NCBI GenBank assembly: GCA_963807635.1
Contig: CAWEDJ010000018.1
Span: 1 to 30,358, forward strand
DNA from: an uncultured cyanobacterium
GTDB lineage: Bacteria > Cyanobacteriota > Cyanobacteriia > Cyanobacteriales > Microcystaceae
Reading direction: 5' to 3'
Length of the DNA stretch: 30,358 bases
The notes beneath the pieces are model-generated. The model made no database searches. It had not been told where the DNA came from and saw only the letters and a list, made by a program, of their open reading frames with translations. The translations under genes and the position numbers were made by a program. Positions within the stretch are counted from its first letter, which is position 1. Every line of letters starts with the position of its first letter. Of this stretch, positions 9,729 to 27,501 are shown piece after piece.

Positions 9729-11634
9729 ATGCCCAAACTTTATGGATTAATCTTCACTTTCCTTGCACTACTGCTCTATGCGTCTCCTGCTCAAGCAGGA
9801 AAATTATTATTTTGGCGTTTTGAATCCACTAATAATCGTCTTGTCTTTAACACAGATAGTCGAGTACAACCCACTGCCCAATTAGTCCCCGATCCAACCC
9901 GTGTTGTGATTGATCTCCCTGGGATCACCCTGGGAAGACCGACGGTTAATCAGTCTATTGGCGGAAAAGTTACAGGAATTCGGGTTGCCCAATTTGACAG
10001 CTATACGACCCGATTGGTCATTGAACTCGCTCCTGGTTATACCGTTGATCCCCAACAAGTCAAGGTTCGAGGAATTTCTCCTACCCAGTGGACGGTCGAT
10101 CTCCCGACTCCCCAGCTCGTTTCCCAACCAACGAATCCCAGCCTGCCCCCCTCTACTGGCTCTCCCCAATCCCGATTTCCTGCCCCCCGATCCAGTCAGG
10201 GAAATAATAATTTTCAAATTACTCAAAACGGGTTCTTTATTCGCACCGAAAGAAACGGTAGCAATGGGTCAATCTTCCCAAAGCGTTCTGAAGACGGCAA
10301 AACCATGATTCTCAGTTTGCCTGGAGCCGTCTTCCCCAATGATTTAAATGGGCAAACGTTAGCCGTGAATCAGTACGGCGTGGGGGATATTACCTTTTCT
10401 CAAGCTTCGGGAAATCCTCAAGTTACTTTGGCGATCGCCCCTGACAGTCCCGATTGGCAAGCCAGTTATAGCCGTCTGGGAGGATTAGTGCTGTTTCCCA
10501 GGGGAGGCACCAGGGCAACAGGGAATTTAACGGCTCCTCCTTCTACGGGAACCCCCTTTTCTACCCTTTCCCCTAAAAATTCGAGTAGTTCCATCAGTCG
10601 TTTTTCTGGTGCAACGATTAATTCCCTGGATCTCGTTAACAACAGTCGTCAATTGATTATTCAAGCCGATCGCCCTGTTCGAGCTAGGGGCAATTGGAAT
10701 CGTCTTTCGGGAACCTACGAAATTCGCATTGAAAATGCTCAATTATCTGAAGGTCTCAAGGGGCCCCAGTTGGGTCGGAGTAGTCCTATTTATCAATTGC
10801 GAATTCGCCAAGAACAGGGAAATATCGTTATTATTGAAGCGACACCCGCAGTCGGAACCCGATTTGGGCAATTCAGTCAGCCTAGATCAGATTTACTATC
10901 TCTAGAAGTTAATTCTTCTTTTGGCTCTCGGAATCCTATTTCTTCCTACCCTGGTTCCACTTATCCCAGAACTTCCTATCCCAGCACCCCAAACCGTGGT
11001 TCTTCCTCTGGTGTTCCCATCAATATTCCGCCACCTGCGAATAGCAATCCCTATCCCACTGAGTCCTATCCGAACAATCCTCCTCCCATCAAAGGAAAAC
11101 GTCTGGTATTCATTGATCCTGGTCATGGCGGAAAAGACCCAGGGGCGATCGGGCTGGGCGGCATTCAAGAAAAAGATATTATTTTGCCCATTTCCCAGTA
11201 TGTTGCCCAATATCTGCAACAACAGGGAATTCAGACCATGATCGCCCGTACCAGCGACTATTTTGTGAGTTTGCAAGGTCGTACCGATATGGCTAACCGA
11301 GCAGGAGCAGATTTATTTGTCAGTATTCATGCCAATTCGATGGGGGCGGGACGGCCAGATATTAGTGGTTTAGAAGTCTATTATTTCGGCAATCGCGAAT
11401 TGGCTGATACCATTCACCGTAGTATCCTGAGAACGGTCAACATAGAAGATAGAAGAGTCCGAAAGGCAAGATTTTATGTTCTGCGGAATAGTCGAATGCC
11501 CTCAACCTTAGTAGAAGTGGGGTTTGTCACTGGCTACGACGACGCGGCCAAGCTCACCAATCCGACCTATCAACGGCAAATGGCAGGCGATCGCCAGGGG
11601 AATTATAGAATATATGCAACAAAATCGATTGTAA
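9729..11634 (+). CDS. amiC: N-acetylmuramoyl-L-alanine amidase with AMIN domains; frameshift near 11585, true stop probably 11632-11634
   Basis: Signal peptide, PTRVVIDLPG AMIN motif, Amidase_3 motifs IDPGHGG..EK, SIHAN and LVEVGF; the alternative frame gives AIARGIIEYMQQNRL*. Confidence 0.9.
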
Positions 11635-11766
11635 TTACGTTAATTATTTTTAACAGGGAGCAAAGTCACTTAAATTCTCGAATTTATCTTAGATATTTTC
11701 CTTAAGTATATTTACTTCCTTGGGTATTCATGTTTAAATTATCAACAACTTATTCTTATTGCCTCT

Positions 11767-12605
11767 ATGAGAGAATCTCAGCATAGTCGGATCGGTGTTT
11801 TTGACAGTGGTGTGGGTGGATTAACCGTTTTAAGAGAACTCTATCGGCAACTTCCTAAGGAATCCATTCTTTACTTTGGTGACACCGCCCGACTTCCCTA
11901 CGGCGATCGCTCCCCCTCAGAAATCATCCAATTTGTCCGAGAAATCCTGACATGGATGAGCCCAAGAAAACGTAAAAATGGTCATCATCGCCTGCAACAC
12001 CAGTTCGGCTTTGGCCTGCAAAGCCATTCGAGACGAATTTAACTTTCCCGTACTAGGGGTCATTCTCCCAGGAGCCAGAGCCGCCGTCCGTTATGGCAAA
12101 AGAATTGGTGTCATTTCAACCCCCGCCACCGCCGCCAGTAACGCCTACCGTAACGCCATCCAGGAAATCAGTCCCAACGCCGAAGTCTGGCAGGTCGGTT
12201 GCCCCAAATTTGTACCCCTCATCGAACAAAACCGCATTTATGACCCCCACACCAAAGAAGTTGCTAGACAATACCTAAATCCCTTGTTGGAAAAAAATAT
12301 TGATACCCTCGTCTATGGCTGTACCCACTATCGACACCTCAAGCCCGTTTTCCAAGAAATTCTCCCTGCAACGGTTCAACTGATCGAATCCCGCCAGTTA
12401 TGTGGTGAAAGCGGACCAAAAAGAACTCGAAATTTTAGGATTAACCAATTCAACCATGACCCTACCGACTCGGTTTGGGGTGAGTGGCTGTCCCGAAATT
12501 TTCACCCAACTGTCTCAACAATGGCTAGGATTTTTGCCGAATGTTGAAAAAATCTCTCTACCCTCCGTCTTTCCCGCCCAGGTGTCCCTAGAGGTCATAG
12601 ACTAA
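11767..12605 (+). CDS. murI: Glutamate racemase; two frameshifts (~11962 and ~12390)
   Basis: [28 protein letters not shown] and YGCTHY motifs; the amiC-murI order is typical of cyanobacteria. Confidence 0.95.
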
Positions 12606-12669
12606 GTTATTGAGTAGGACAGAAACTTCCGTGAAGAGGATAGACACCATAAAAATCGGCTTATTTTTA

Positions 12670-12699
12670 TTGTCAACTGTCCTTCATCTCTGCTATGAT
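12670..12699 (+). promoter_or_regulatory. Candidate sigma70-type promoter of rpsT
   Basis: TTGTCA (12670-12675), 18-nt spacer, TATGAT (12694-12699) preceded by an extended -10 TG. Confidence 0.55.
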
Positions 12700-12753
12700 A
12701 ACAATTCGGATTCTACATAATCACTATTTTATTCACCTGTCCTGAGAGCAATC

Positions 12754-13035
12754 GTGGCAAATAATAAGTCCGCGCAGAAGCGCATCGAAATTTCTGAACG
12801 TAACCGACTCCGTAACAAGTCCTATAAGTCGGCAGTCAAAACCCTAATGAAAAAAACCATCCAGTCTGTGGATGCTTACACCACTAGTCCCAGCGAAGAA
12901 CAGCTAGAAACGGTGAAAGCCAATCTATCCGCCGCCTACAGCAAAATTGATAAGGCGGTTAAACGGAATGTTTTACATCGCAATACGGGAGCGAGAAGAA
13001 AGGCTTCCTTAGCAAAAGCCGTTAAAAAATTGTAA
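12754..13035 (+). CDS. rpsT: 30S ribosomal protein S20
   Basis: [26 protein letters not shown]...[23 protein letters not shown]. Confidence 0.97.
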   Translation: MANNKSAQKRIEISERNRLRNKSYKSAVKTLMKKTIQSVDAYTTSPSEEQLETVKANLSAAYSKIDKAVKRNVLHRNTGARRKASLAKAVKKL

Positions 13036-13176
13036 GCCGCGTCCTAAAGGTTACTATCGGGGATTTTGAGTATAAAGCCTTAGATTTCAGCCAATTTGCA
13101 TTATTAGTGTTCTTAGACATTTTTCGGTTAAAAAAAGCCGAATCCTTAGTTGGATTGACTTCAATCGTCCTGGGAG

Positions 13177-13971
13177 ATGCCGATGCAACTAATTGATACA
13201 CACGTTCACATCAACTTCGATGTTTTTCAGCCCGATCTTAGCTCTTTGCAAGACCGTTGGCGAGAAGCAGGGGTTGTTCATTTAGTTCATTCCTGCGTTG
13301 AACCTGGGGAATTTGCCCAAATTCAGTCTATTGCTGATCGGTTTCCCGAAATGTCTTTTGCCATTGGACTCCATCCCCTAGATGCTCAGAAATGGAAAGA
13401 TGATACAGCCCAAAAGATCCTAACTGCCGCTCAGTCGGATCGGCGGGTTGTTGCCATTGGAGAAATGGGGTTAGATTTCTATAAGGCTGATAATCGCGAT
13501 CGCCAAATTGAGGTTTTTCGCGCCCAACTGGAGATCGCCTATCAACTCAATAAGCCTGTGATCATTCACTGTCGGGATGCGGCTCCTGAACTGCGAGAAG
13601 TCCTTCAAACTTACCAGCAGGAAGATAAAGTCATTCGCGGGGTGATGCACTGTTGGAGTGGAAATCCAGAGGAAACCCAATGGTTTTTGGACTTGGGTTT
13701 TTATATCAGTTTCAGTGGTATCGTCACCTTCAAAAAAGCCGAAACAGTCCACAACAGCGCGAAAATAGTTCCCTTAGACCGTCTTTTGGTAGAAACAGAT
13801 TGTCCCTTTCTGGCTCCTGCTCCCTACCGAGGAAAACGCAATGAACCTGCCTATGTCCGCTATGTTGCTGAAAAATTGGCTCAGTTACGGAAAATTTCCC
13901 TCGAAGATTTGGCCGAAGCAACTACCCACAATGCTTGCCAACTTTTTGATTTACCGATTCTATCCCAATAA
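13177..13971 (+). CDS. tatD: TatD family DNase/hydrolase
   Basis: [29 protein letters not shown] and LLVETDCP motifs. Confidence 0.95.
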   Translation: MPMQLIDTHVHINFDVFQPDLSSLQDRWREAGVVHLVHSCVEPGEFAQIQSIADRFPEMSFAIGLHPLDAQKWKDDTAQKILTAAQSDRRVVAIGEMGLDFYKADNRDRQIEVFRAQLEIAYQLNKPVIIHCRDAAPELREVLQTYQQEDKVIRGVMHCWSGNPEETQWFLDLGFYISFSGIVTFKKAETVHNSAKIVPLDRLLVETDCPFLAPAPYRGKRNEPAYVRYVAEKLAQLRKISLEDLAEATTHNACQLFDLPILSQ

Positions 13972-14067
13972 CAAATTATCTATGATTTAAACTTTTTTCC
14001 TTGATTTTGCCCCCAAAATCCTTCTATTATTAATCCCCCGATTCTTGTAACTCTTACTGACGAAATT

Positions 14068-17368
<3,301 letters not shown>

Positions 17369-17499
17369 AACGTGAAGGGTTGATGGTCAAGGAGCTATAA
17401 AGGCTAGAGACGATATTTTATCGATCCTCTTTCTAATAATTAGCCATTGACTATCGACTTATTTTTCCAGTTACTCACTATTAACTTATTAACGATTAA

Positions 17500-21470
<3,971 letters not shown>

Positions 21471-21768
21471 AGTCCTATCTCGTTTCAACTAGACTCCGTT
21501 CTCAAATAGTTACTTCAGGAGATAGGGATTGCAAAATTCTTATCTCTTTTTCTCTGATGTGCTTTCAGACAAACCCCTCGTTTTTGTGATCGGACAGTTT
21601 GGTTATGAGACTTACACTTGGGGGGGGAAGGGGCTTAATTCCCAAATGATTGAATCAGTTGACCAATCACAAATTGCCTAATCTTCGCAAGAGAGTCAAG
21701 TCTCTACTTCCAAAATGCTGTAAAATTCAAACAAGCGAGTACTAGATAAGGATAATAGTGAGTAGACA

Positions 21769-22320
21769 ATGACCAAAGCCAGCCAAATTCTCCGCCAAGA
21801 GGTGGTAGGGGCGCGTAGATTAAGTAATTATTTTTGGGCAACTGTTTCTTCCATTGGGGGAATAGGTTTTCTATTGGCTGGGCTTTCTAGTTACCTGAAG
21901 GTCAATCTGCTCTTGGTGAGCGATCCCAGTGACTTACAATTTATTCCCCAGGGCGTTGCCCTCCTTTTCTATGGATTTGCGGGGTCTTCCCTCGCGTTTT
22001 ATGTATGGCTGACCATGATTTGGAATGTCGGGGGCGGCTATAACGAATTCAATCAAGAAACAGGCAAGATCACGATTTTTCGCTGGGGATTTCCAGGAAA
22101 AAATCGTCGCATTGAATTAATTTGTCCGATCGCAGATGTCCAGTCAATCCGAGCAGACATTAAAGAAGGCATCAACCCTAGACGTTCCCTTTACTTACGG
22201 GCAAAACAAAGACGAGATATTCCCCTAACTCGTGTGGGTCAGCCCATTTCTTTGGCGAGTTTAGAAAATCAGGGAGCGGAGTTAGCCCGCTTTTTAGGCG
22301 TTCCCCTAGAGGGCCTTTAA
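21769..22320 (+). CDS. ycf4: Photosystem I assembly protein Ycf4
   Basis: [39 protein letters not shown] and [12 protein letters not shown] motifs. Confidence 0.97.
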   Translation: MTKASQILRQEVVGARRLSNYFWATVSSIGGIGFLLAGLSSYLKVNLLLVSDPSDLQFIPQGVALLFYGFAGSSLAFYVWLTMIWNVGGGYNEFNQETGKITIFRWGFPGKNRRIELICPIADVQSIRADIKEGINPRRSLYLRAKQRRDIPLTRVGQPISLASLENQGAELARFLGVPLEGL

Positions 22321-22352
22321 TCCCAATTAATTTTAATCACACAAAACAACGA

Positions 22353-23117
22353 ATGCTGAATATGACTCAATCTTGGTGGCAAGCCCTAGCTTCTGGTTTC
22401 TTGTTGGCCAGTATTCTACTGACAGGCTGTTCTAATTCGGATGCTGTTCCCCCGCAGGCAAGTGCGTCCCCCGCGACCACCGCCCAAGCCCAAACCGCCC
22501 AAGCCCAAAATGTGACCATGACTAATTACAAACCTCGACTAGAAGGCAAAGCCACCGTTGAGATGATTGTCAATGGTTCTCCTATTACCATTGAGGTAGA
22601 TGGAGAAAATGCCCCGATCACGGCGGGCAATTTTGTAGATTTAGTAGAAAGAGGCGTTTATAACGGACTAACCTTTCATCGAGTGGTGAAAGATCCCCAA
22701 CCCTTTGTGGTGCAAGGGGGAGATCCCAAGGGTAACGGTACGGGAGGATTTATTGATCCCACAACCCAAAAAACCCGCGATGTTCCTCTAGAAATTAGAG
22801 TGAAAGATAAAAATAACCCCGATCAACCTGGAGAATTGGTCTATGGTCAGGGATTAGGTCAACAATCGGGTATTCCCAACCCTTCAGTGGTTTTACCCCA
22901 CAAACGGGGAGCTTTAGCGATGGCGCGTTCCCAAATGCCCAATTCTGCTTCATCTCAGTTTTATTTCGCCCTGTCTGATGATCTGGGTTTTCTAGACGGA
23001 GATTACGCGGTTTTTGGTTATGTCACCAGTGGCATGAATGTGGTTGACAAAATCAAACAAGGTGACAAAATCCAATCTGCTAAGGTTGTTTCGGGGAGCG
23101 AAAACCTGAAAAAATAA
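22353..23117 (+). CDS. Cyclophilin-type peptidyl-prolyl cis-trans isomerase, probable lipoprotein
   Basis: Lipobox [35 protein letters not shown] and YAVFG motifs. Confidence 0.93.
   Translation: MLNMTQSWWQALASGFLLASILLTGCSNSDAVPPQASASPATTAQAQTAQAQNVTMTNYKPRLEGKATVEMIVNGSPITIEVDGENAPITAGNFVDLVERGVYNGLTFHRVVKDPQPFVVQGGDPKGNGTGGFIDPTTQKTRDVPLEIRVKDKNNPDQPGELVYGQGLGQQSGIPNPSVVLPHKRGALAMARSQMPNSASSQFYFALSDDLGFLDGDYAVFGYVTSGMNVVDKIKQGDKIQSAKVVSGSENLKK
22479..22508 (+). repeat. Perfect 15-bp tandem duplication (TAQAQ x2) in the cyclophilin linker
   Basis: ACCGCCCAAGCCCAA occurs twice in tandem. Confidence 0.9.
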
Positions 23118-23200
23118 TCCTCTTGGTAAGCTGTCACAAATAATGAGTTGAAGACTAGTAAATCAAGTGAAAACAAGACGAGAAAATGAGGTTAAATTAA

Positions 23201-23692
23201 CTAAACTTCGGGACTAAAATGCTCCTTGAGTTTAGCTTCTTCCTCATGGGTTAAATTCGATTGAATGAGTTCGGCAGTAACTCCGCCCAGGGCATCTTCT
23301 ACCTTATCGATGGTCACATCTCCTGTGAATAAAAAGAGAGCCGATGTTCCTTCCGTGACTTTGCTTTTGACATCATTAATAAAATTATCATTAATGCCAT
23401 AATCCCCCAGGGAACCGCTCAACGCGCCCATTGATGCCCCGACAGCGATGCCAAAAATAGGACAGAAAAAGATTAATCCAAAGAGTAATCCCCAGAACGC
23501 GCCATCTAATGCACCTAATCCTGCTAAATTGACGGCTTGTTTTGTTTTAGGTTTCTTTTTTCCCATCGGCCAGGAAACTGTCGCCGCATCTTTAATTTCG
23601 ATGAGACGTTCCTTTTGCAACGGGCTTAATTTCTTTAACACCTCTTCTGCGCCTTCGGGGGTGGTAAATTTCCAGACAGTCAAAGTTGCCAT
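23201..23692 (-). CDS. DUF1269-like membrane protein (glycine-rich hydrophobic hairpin)
   Basis: GALDGAFWGLLFGLIFFCPIFGIAVGASMGALSGSLGDYGINDNFI...GTSALFL pattern. Confidence 0.8.
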   Translation of the reverse strand: MATLTVWKFTTPEGAEEVLKKLSPLQKERLIEIKDAATVSWPMGKKKPKTKQAVNLAGLGALDGAFWGLLFGLIFFCPIFGIAVGASMGALSGSLGDYGINDNFINDVKSKVTEGTSALFLFTGDVTIDKVEDALGGVTAELIQSNLTHEEEAKLKEHFSPEV

Positions 23693-23770
23693 AATTTGAT
23701 TTTAGGTTAGTTTTCAAAGATCTTTTTCAGTTTACAATGGATTTTAAAATCAAAACTATAATCATCAAAA

Positions 23771-24394
23771 ATGCGAGAAAACCTATCGAGTCAACAAAAA
23801 AAGTGGTTTTCAATTCCCATTACTGATGCCTTTCATTATTTGGGTTGGGTTGGCTTTTGGCTACAGATTGTGTTGGCCTTCATTCCTATTTCGGTTTTGC
23901 TCTTTGCGTTATTGGTTCTCAAAACTTCGGCACAAGGTATAGGAACTGTTATTGAGCTTATTTTAGCCTATGGATGCCTGTTATCTTTAGGATTCTCTAT
24001 TTTCTGGAGTTTTCGCTATAGCCAATTAGGACGGCCTTTGGCTACTACGACGAGATCGTTTTCCCTAAAAAAAATCACGAAGACTTTATGGCTAGGGGTT
24101 ACAGTCAATCTCAGTTGCATGGTTGTTACGGTGTTAGTGGCAATCGGGGCGATCGGAACCATGTTATTTAGGGTGTTGACTCTGCCACCAGGCGCGATTC
24201 CGATTTTCGATCAGCGTCAAGGATTAAACTTGAATTCTAGTCAATGGATTGTTCCCTTGGATGTGGTCTGGTTACAAACTTTGATTAATACTATTGCCGC
24301 TCAACTGGTCGGAGTTGTGATCAGTTTGTTGTTAGTTTATCGAGTTAATCAGGTAAGAAATAATAAGAAAAAGGAGAAAGAGTTAGAAACTTAG
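23771..24394 (+). CDS. DUF3611-like (Tic21/PIC1-related) membrane protein
   Basis: LGWVGFWLQIVL start, four hydrophobic helices, PLDV..LQ...NTIAAQLVG C-terminal motif. Confidence 0.75.
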   Translation: MRENLSSQQKKWFSIPITDAFHYLGWVGFWLQIVLAFIPISVLLFALLVLKTSAQGIGTVIELILAYGCLLSLGFSIFWSFRYSQLGRPLATTTRSFSLKKITKTLWLGVTVNLSCMVVTVLVAIGAIGTMLFRVLTLPPGAIPIFDQRQGLNLNSSQWIVPLDVVWLQTLINTIAAQLVGVVISLLLVYRVNQVRNNKKKEKELET

Positions 24395-24458
24395 AAATTA
24401 GTTCAATTTAAGAAAGTTTGTTAAATTACCCAAACTCCATGCTTTGCTGACTAAATAT

Positions 24459-24914
24459 ATGAATCCATCCTTGTCTTTACTAGATGCCAATCTATCTGAT
24501 ATTGATCAACTTTTAGGCTTAATTCAGGATTTTTACCAACATTTTGACTACCCCTACACAGAATCAGAAAAACGCCTCACCCTGGAAGATTTATTGGCAA
24601 GACCGACGGCGGCGCGTATTTATTTAATCCAGAAAGATCACAAGATCGTTGGTTATGTTTTTCTTTCCTTTTATTTCAGTATTGAATTCGGAGGAGTTAC
24701 TGCTTTTATTGATGAGCTTTTTGTTGTGCCTCGCGATCGCGGTCAAGGGATTGGTTCTAGGGTAATTCATTTGGTCGAGAAAAAATGTCTTGAATTAAAT
24801 CTGAAAGCAATCCATCTAGAATCGGAAAGAACTAACGAAAGAGCAACGGCACTCTATTCACAATTGGGTTTTGTCGATCATAATCGGCGATTAATGACCA
24901 AAAAATTGTTTTAG
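24459..24914 (+). CDS. GNAT family N-acetyltransferase
   Basis: FIDELFV..RDRGQGIG acetyl-CoA motif, NERATALYSQLGF; ATG at 24459 preferred over TTG at 24444. Confidence 0.88.
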   Translation: MNPSLSLLDANLSDIDQLLGLIQDFYQHFDYPYTESEKRLTLEDLLARPTAARIYLIQKDHKIVGYVFLSFYFSIEFGGVTAFIDELFVVPRDRGQGIGSRVIHLVEKKCLELNLKAIHLESERTNERATALYSQLGFVDHNRRLMTKKLF

Positions 24915-24986
24915 GAGCGAAATTTTGATACTGATTGATACGAATTGAGAGGTTAATTTTAACTTAAGAATTGAGTGAAATTGCCA

Positions 24987-26003
24987 TCAAAAATAGGGAT
25001 CTATTTTGGGAGAAGAGCGAACTTCTTCCACACGGCTTATATTAAAAATAAGGGTGAATTTTTGCCCAATTTCTCTCTCTAAAAACGATTCTAATAGTTC
25101 TACTTGTTTCTTGGTGACAGGTTCCTTGGCATTAACCGATAAAAAAACCTGGGCAGGTCTTTCTAGCCAGTTAACTTTAAAATTAGTCAGTTCTAATTGC
25201 TGAAAAGTGACAGTTCTATTCGTCAAAGCTTTCTTGACGCTACTTTGCAGACGGGCTTGTTGTACTAATCGAGAAAAACTTAATCCCAAAGGAACTAATA
25301 AAATTGAGGTTAAAACAACTGCCACTAACAAAGGTTTCCCCGCCTGACGTAAAGGAGCATAACCTGCCACCAAAAAAACAAGCATACAAGCTAAGGCAAT
25401 TCCTAACAAATTCGTTAAAAATAGCAGACTTGCGCCCTGACTTAAAATCCAATTTCCTTGAGACAATCCTAAACCCACCACGCAAACGGGTGGCATCAAG
25501 GCAACAGCGATCGCGGTTCCAGCGAAGGTGTCGGATACTTTGGATTGAATTTTACTATAGCCTCCAATGGCTCCTGCGGCAACGGCAATGCCCAAATCCA
25601 AGAGATTCGGCTGGGTTCGGGCTAGGATTTCACTACCGTAATTTGTAATGCCCGTGAGCCATCCGATTAAACAGGAGAGAACTATCGCTAGGACAGTTCC
25701 CATTGTAACGGAAACGACTCCGCTTTTAAATAGAAAACCATCTCCCACTAAGGCTCCAAAGGCCAAGCCCCGAATCGGCAACATCAAGGGCGCGACTAAC
25801 ATTGCTCCAATAATCACCGCCGTACTATTCGATAACAGTCCAAAGGTGGCGATCATACAGGAACTAATAATCAAAATCAGATAGGGCATATCCCATTTCG
25901 ATTCATTTACTAACTCTGATCGCACTTTATTGAGGTGGGGCGCATCCCTCTGTTTCCACTTTAGCCATCGTAAATATTTCAGGATGATTTTTGGGGGGGA
26001 CAT
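24987..26003 (-). CDS. DUF389-like hydrophobic-domain membrane protein
   Basis: IATFGLLSNSTAVIIGAMLVAPLM, EILARTQPNLLDL and GTAIAVALMPP motifs. Confidence 0.88.
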   Translation of the reverse strand: MSPPKIILKYLRWLKWKQRDAPHLNKVRSELVNESKWDMPYLILIISSCMIATFGLLSNSTAVIIGAMLVAPLMLPIRGLAFGALVGDGFLFKSGVVSVTMGTVLAIVLSCLIGWLTGITNYGSEILARTQPNLLDLGIAVAAGAIGGYSKIQSKVSDTFAGTAIAVALMPPVCVVGLGLSQGNWILSQGASLLFLTNLLGIALACMLVFLVAGYAPLRQAGKPLLVAVVLTSILLVPLGLSFSRLVQQARLQSSVKKALTNRTVTFQQLELTNFKVNWLERPAQVFLSVNAKEPVTKKQVELLESFLEREIGQKFTLIFNISRVEEVRSSPKIDPYF

Positions 26004-26348
26004 TCTAGGGCCTCCAGTGTCAAAAACAAATCAATTCTACTCGTTTTATTGGCCGTTAAGAATAGGGAAAGTCGAATCTCCATCATTAATTTTGATAATA
26101 TTTTCTGAAAAATTGGCAACTGTGATGGAAATGGTAACGCGATCGCGGATTTTAATGAATAGGCCACCGCCGTGCTTTAGTCGACAAAAAACACCTCGTT
26201 ATCGCTAGAATAATTTGCCTTCACTACAGCGCAGTGTATTATGAGATAAAATATACGTCTGCAATGACTCAGTATTTTTTGAGTAGATTCTTCGGTATTT
26301 GTAACCACAAAATAGCTATTTAAACCTAATCTTCATTAATTATTTGCG

Positions 26349-26979
26349 ATGGAATGGCACATCACCGATGCCCAGAGTTTGGCAATTATTGACCACGAAA
26401 TAGGAGAATCGGACTATTCGCCCGCAGAATACGAAATTATCCGTCGTGTAATTTTGGCGACGGCAGATTTTGACTATCACAAAATGCTACGTTTCTCGGA
26501 ACGAGTCCTCACGGCAGGAGCGGCATCCCTCGCGGCCAGAACAACCATTATTGTGGATGTGCCAATGGTACAGGTCGGAATTGTCCCCAATCTCCAGCAA
26601 ACCTTTGCCAATCCTGTTTATTGCAGTACCCAGACCATTACCCGTCCCCAAAAAGCGAAAACTCAAGCCGCTTGGGGATTACAGACTTTGGCGAGACGCT
26701 ATCCCGAAGGTATTTTTGTGATCGGGGATTCCCAGACTGCCTTGACCGCTTTAGTCGAATTAATTGAAGAAGAAAATATTCTGGCCAACCCTAGTGATCG
26801 CTACTCCCTCTGGTTTTGTGGATGCGGATGTGGAGAAACAACGGCTTCAGGATTCTTTGGTTCCTAATATTATTGTGGATGGCCGCAAGGGGAATTCCAA
26901 CGTGGCAGTGGCGATTGTAAATGGCTTGGTGGATCTAGCCTGGCAGGCCTACGAACAAAGCGCGCATTCCTTGGGTTGA
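26349..26979 (+). CDS. Precorrin-8X methylmutase (CobH/CbiC)-like paralog; frameshift near 26785
   Basis: SLAIIDHE, RRVILATADF, IIVDVPMVQVG, IFVIGDSQTAL, PSGFV and GRKGNSNVAVAIVNGL motifs. Confidence 0.85.
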
Positions 26980-27004
26980 TCGGATTTAGTCTAATTCCCC
27001 CTAC

Positions 27005-27413
27005 CTAATGCCCTTGGCGAGCCTGGACGATCGCGTTTTGAACCTGTAAAACAAATTGCTCATGATCCACAACGGGTTTAGAAATATAGCCATCGGCCCC
27101 ACTTTGACGTAAAAAGAATTCGCGATCGCCCTCCATTGCATGGGCTGTCACCAAGAGAATGGGTAAAGAAGCCGTTTCGGGGTCTGGCCTTCAAAATTTG
27201 GGTAATTTGAATACCATCAACGGATTTTCCCTGATAACTGCTGCGAGCTAAGGAGACATCCATTAAGATAACCTCAATCTCGCCTGCCTTGGCCAGACGA
27301 ATAATTTCTTCCACATCTTCCGACCCTTGAACCGTGAGTCCTCCCCGTTTGATCAGGATTTTGGAAAAAACCCTAAAATTCATGGGATCATCTTCTACAA
27401 TCAAAACGGTCAT
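27005..27413 (-). CDS. Single-domain CheY/DivK-like response regulator; frameshift near 27185
   Basis: VLIVEDD, ILMD (phospho-Asp), DG; the other frame continues PETASLPILLVTAHAMEGDRE...YISKP...ARQGH*. Confidence 0.88.
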
Positions 27414-27501
27414 TCCCCATCTCCCCATAAACGGTTAAAGTCAATAAAACAAGGCTAACATTTCCTATTCTTCTGATATTTAAAGAGGAAAATCCAAATT
27501 C

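Noticed and set aside
11635..11705. C-terminal extension of AmiC in ORF 9729..11705
   Set aside because: It results from a frameshift near 11585; the alternative frame restores the typical AIARGI.EY ending
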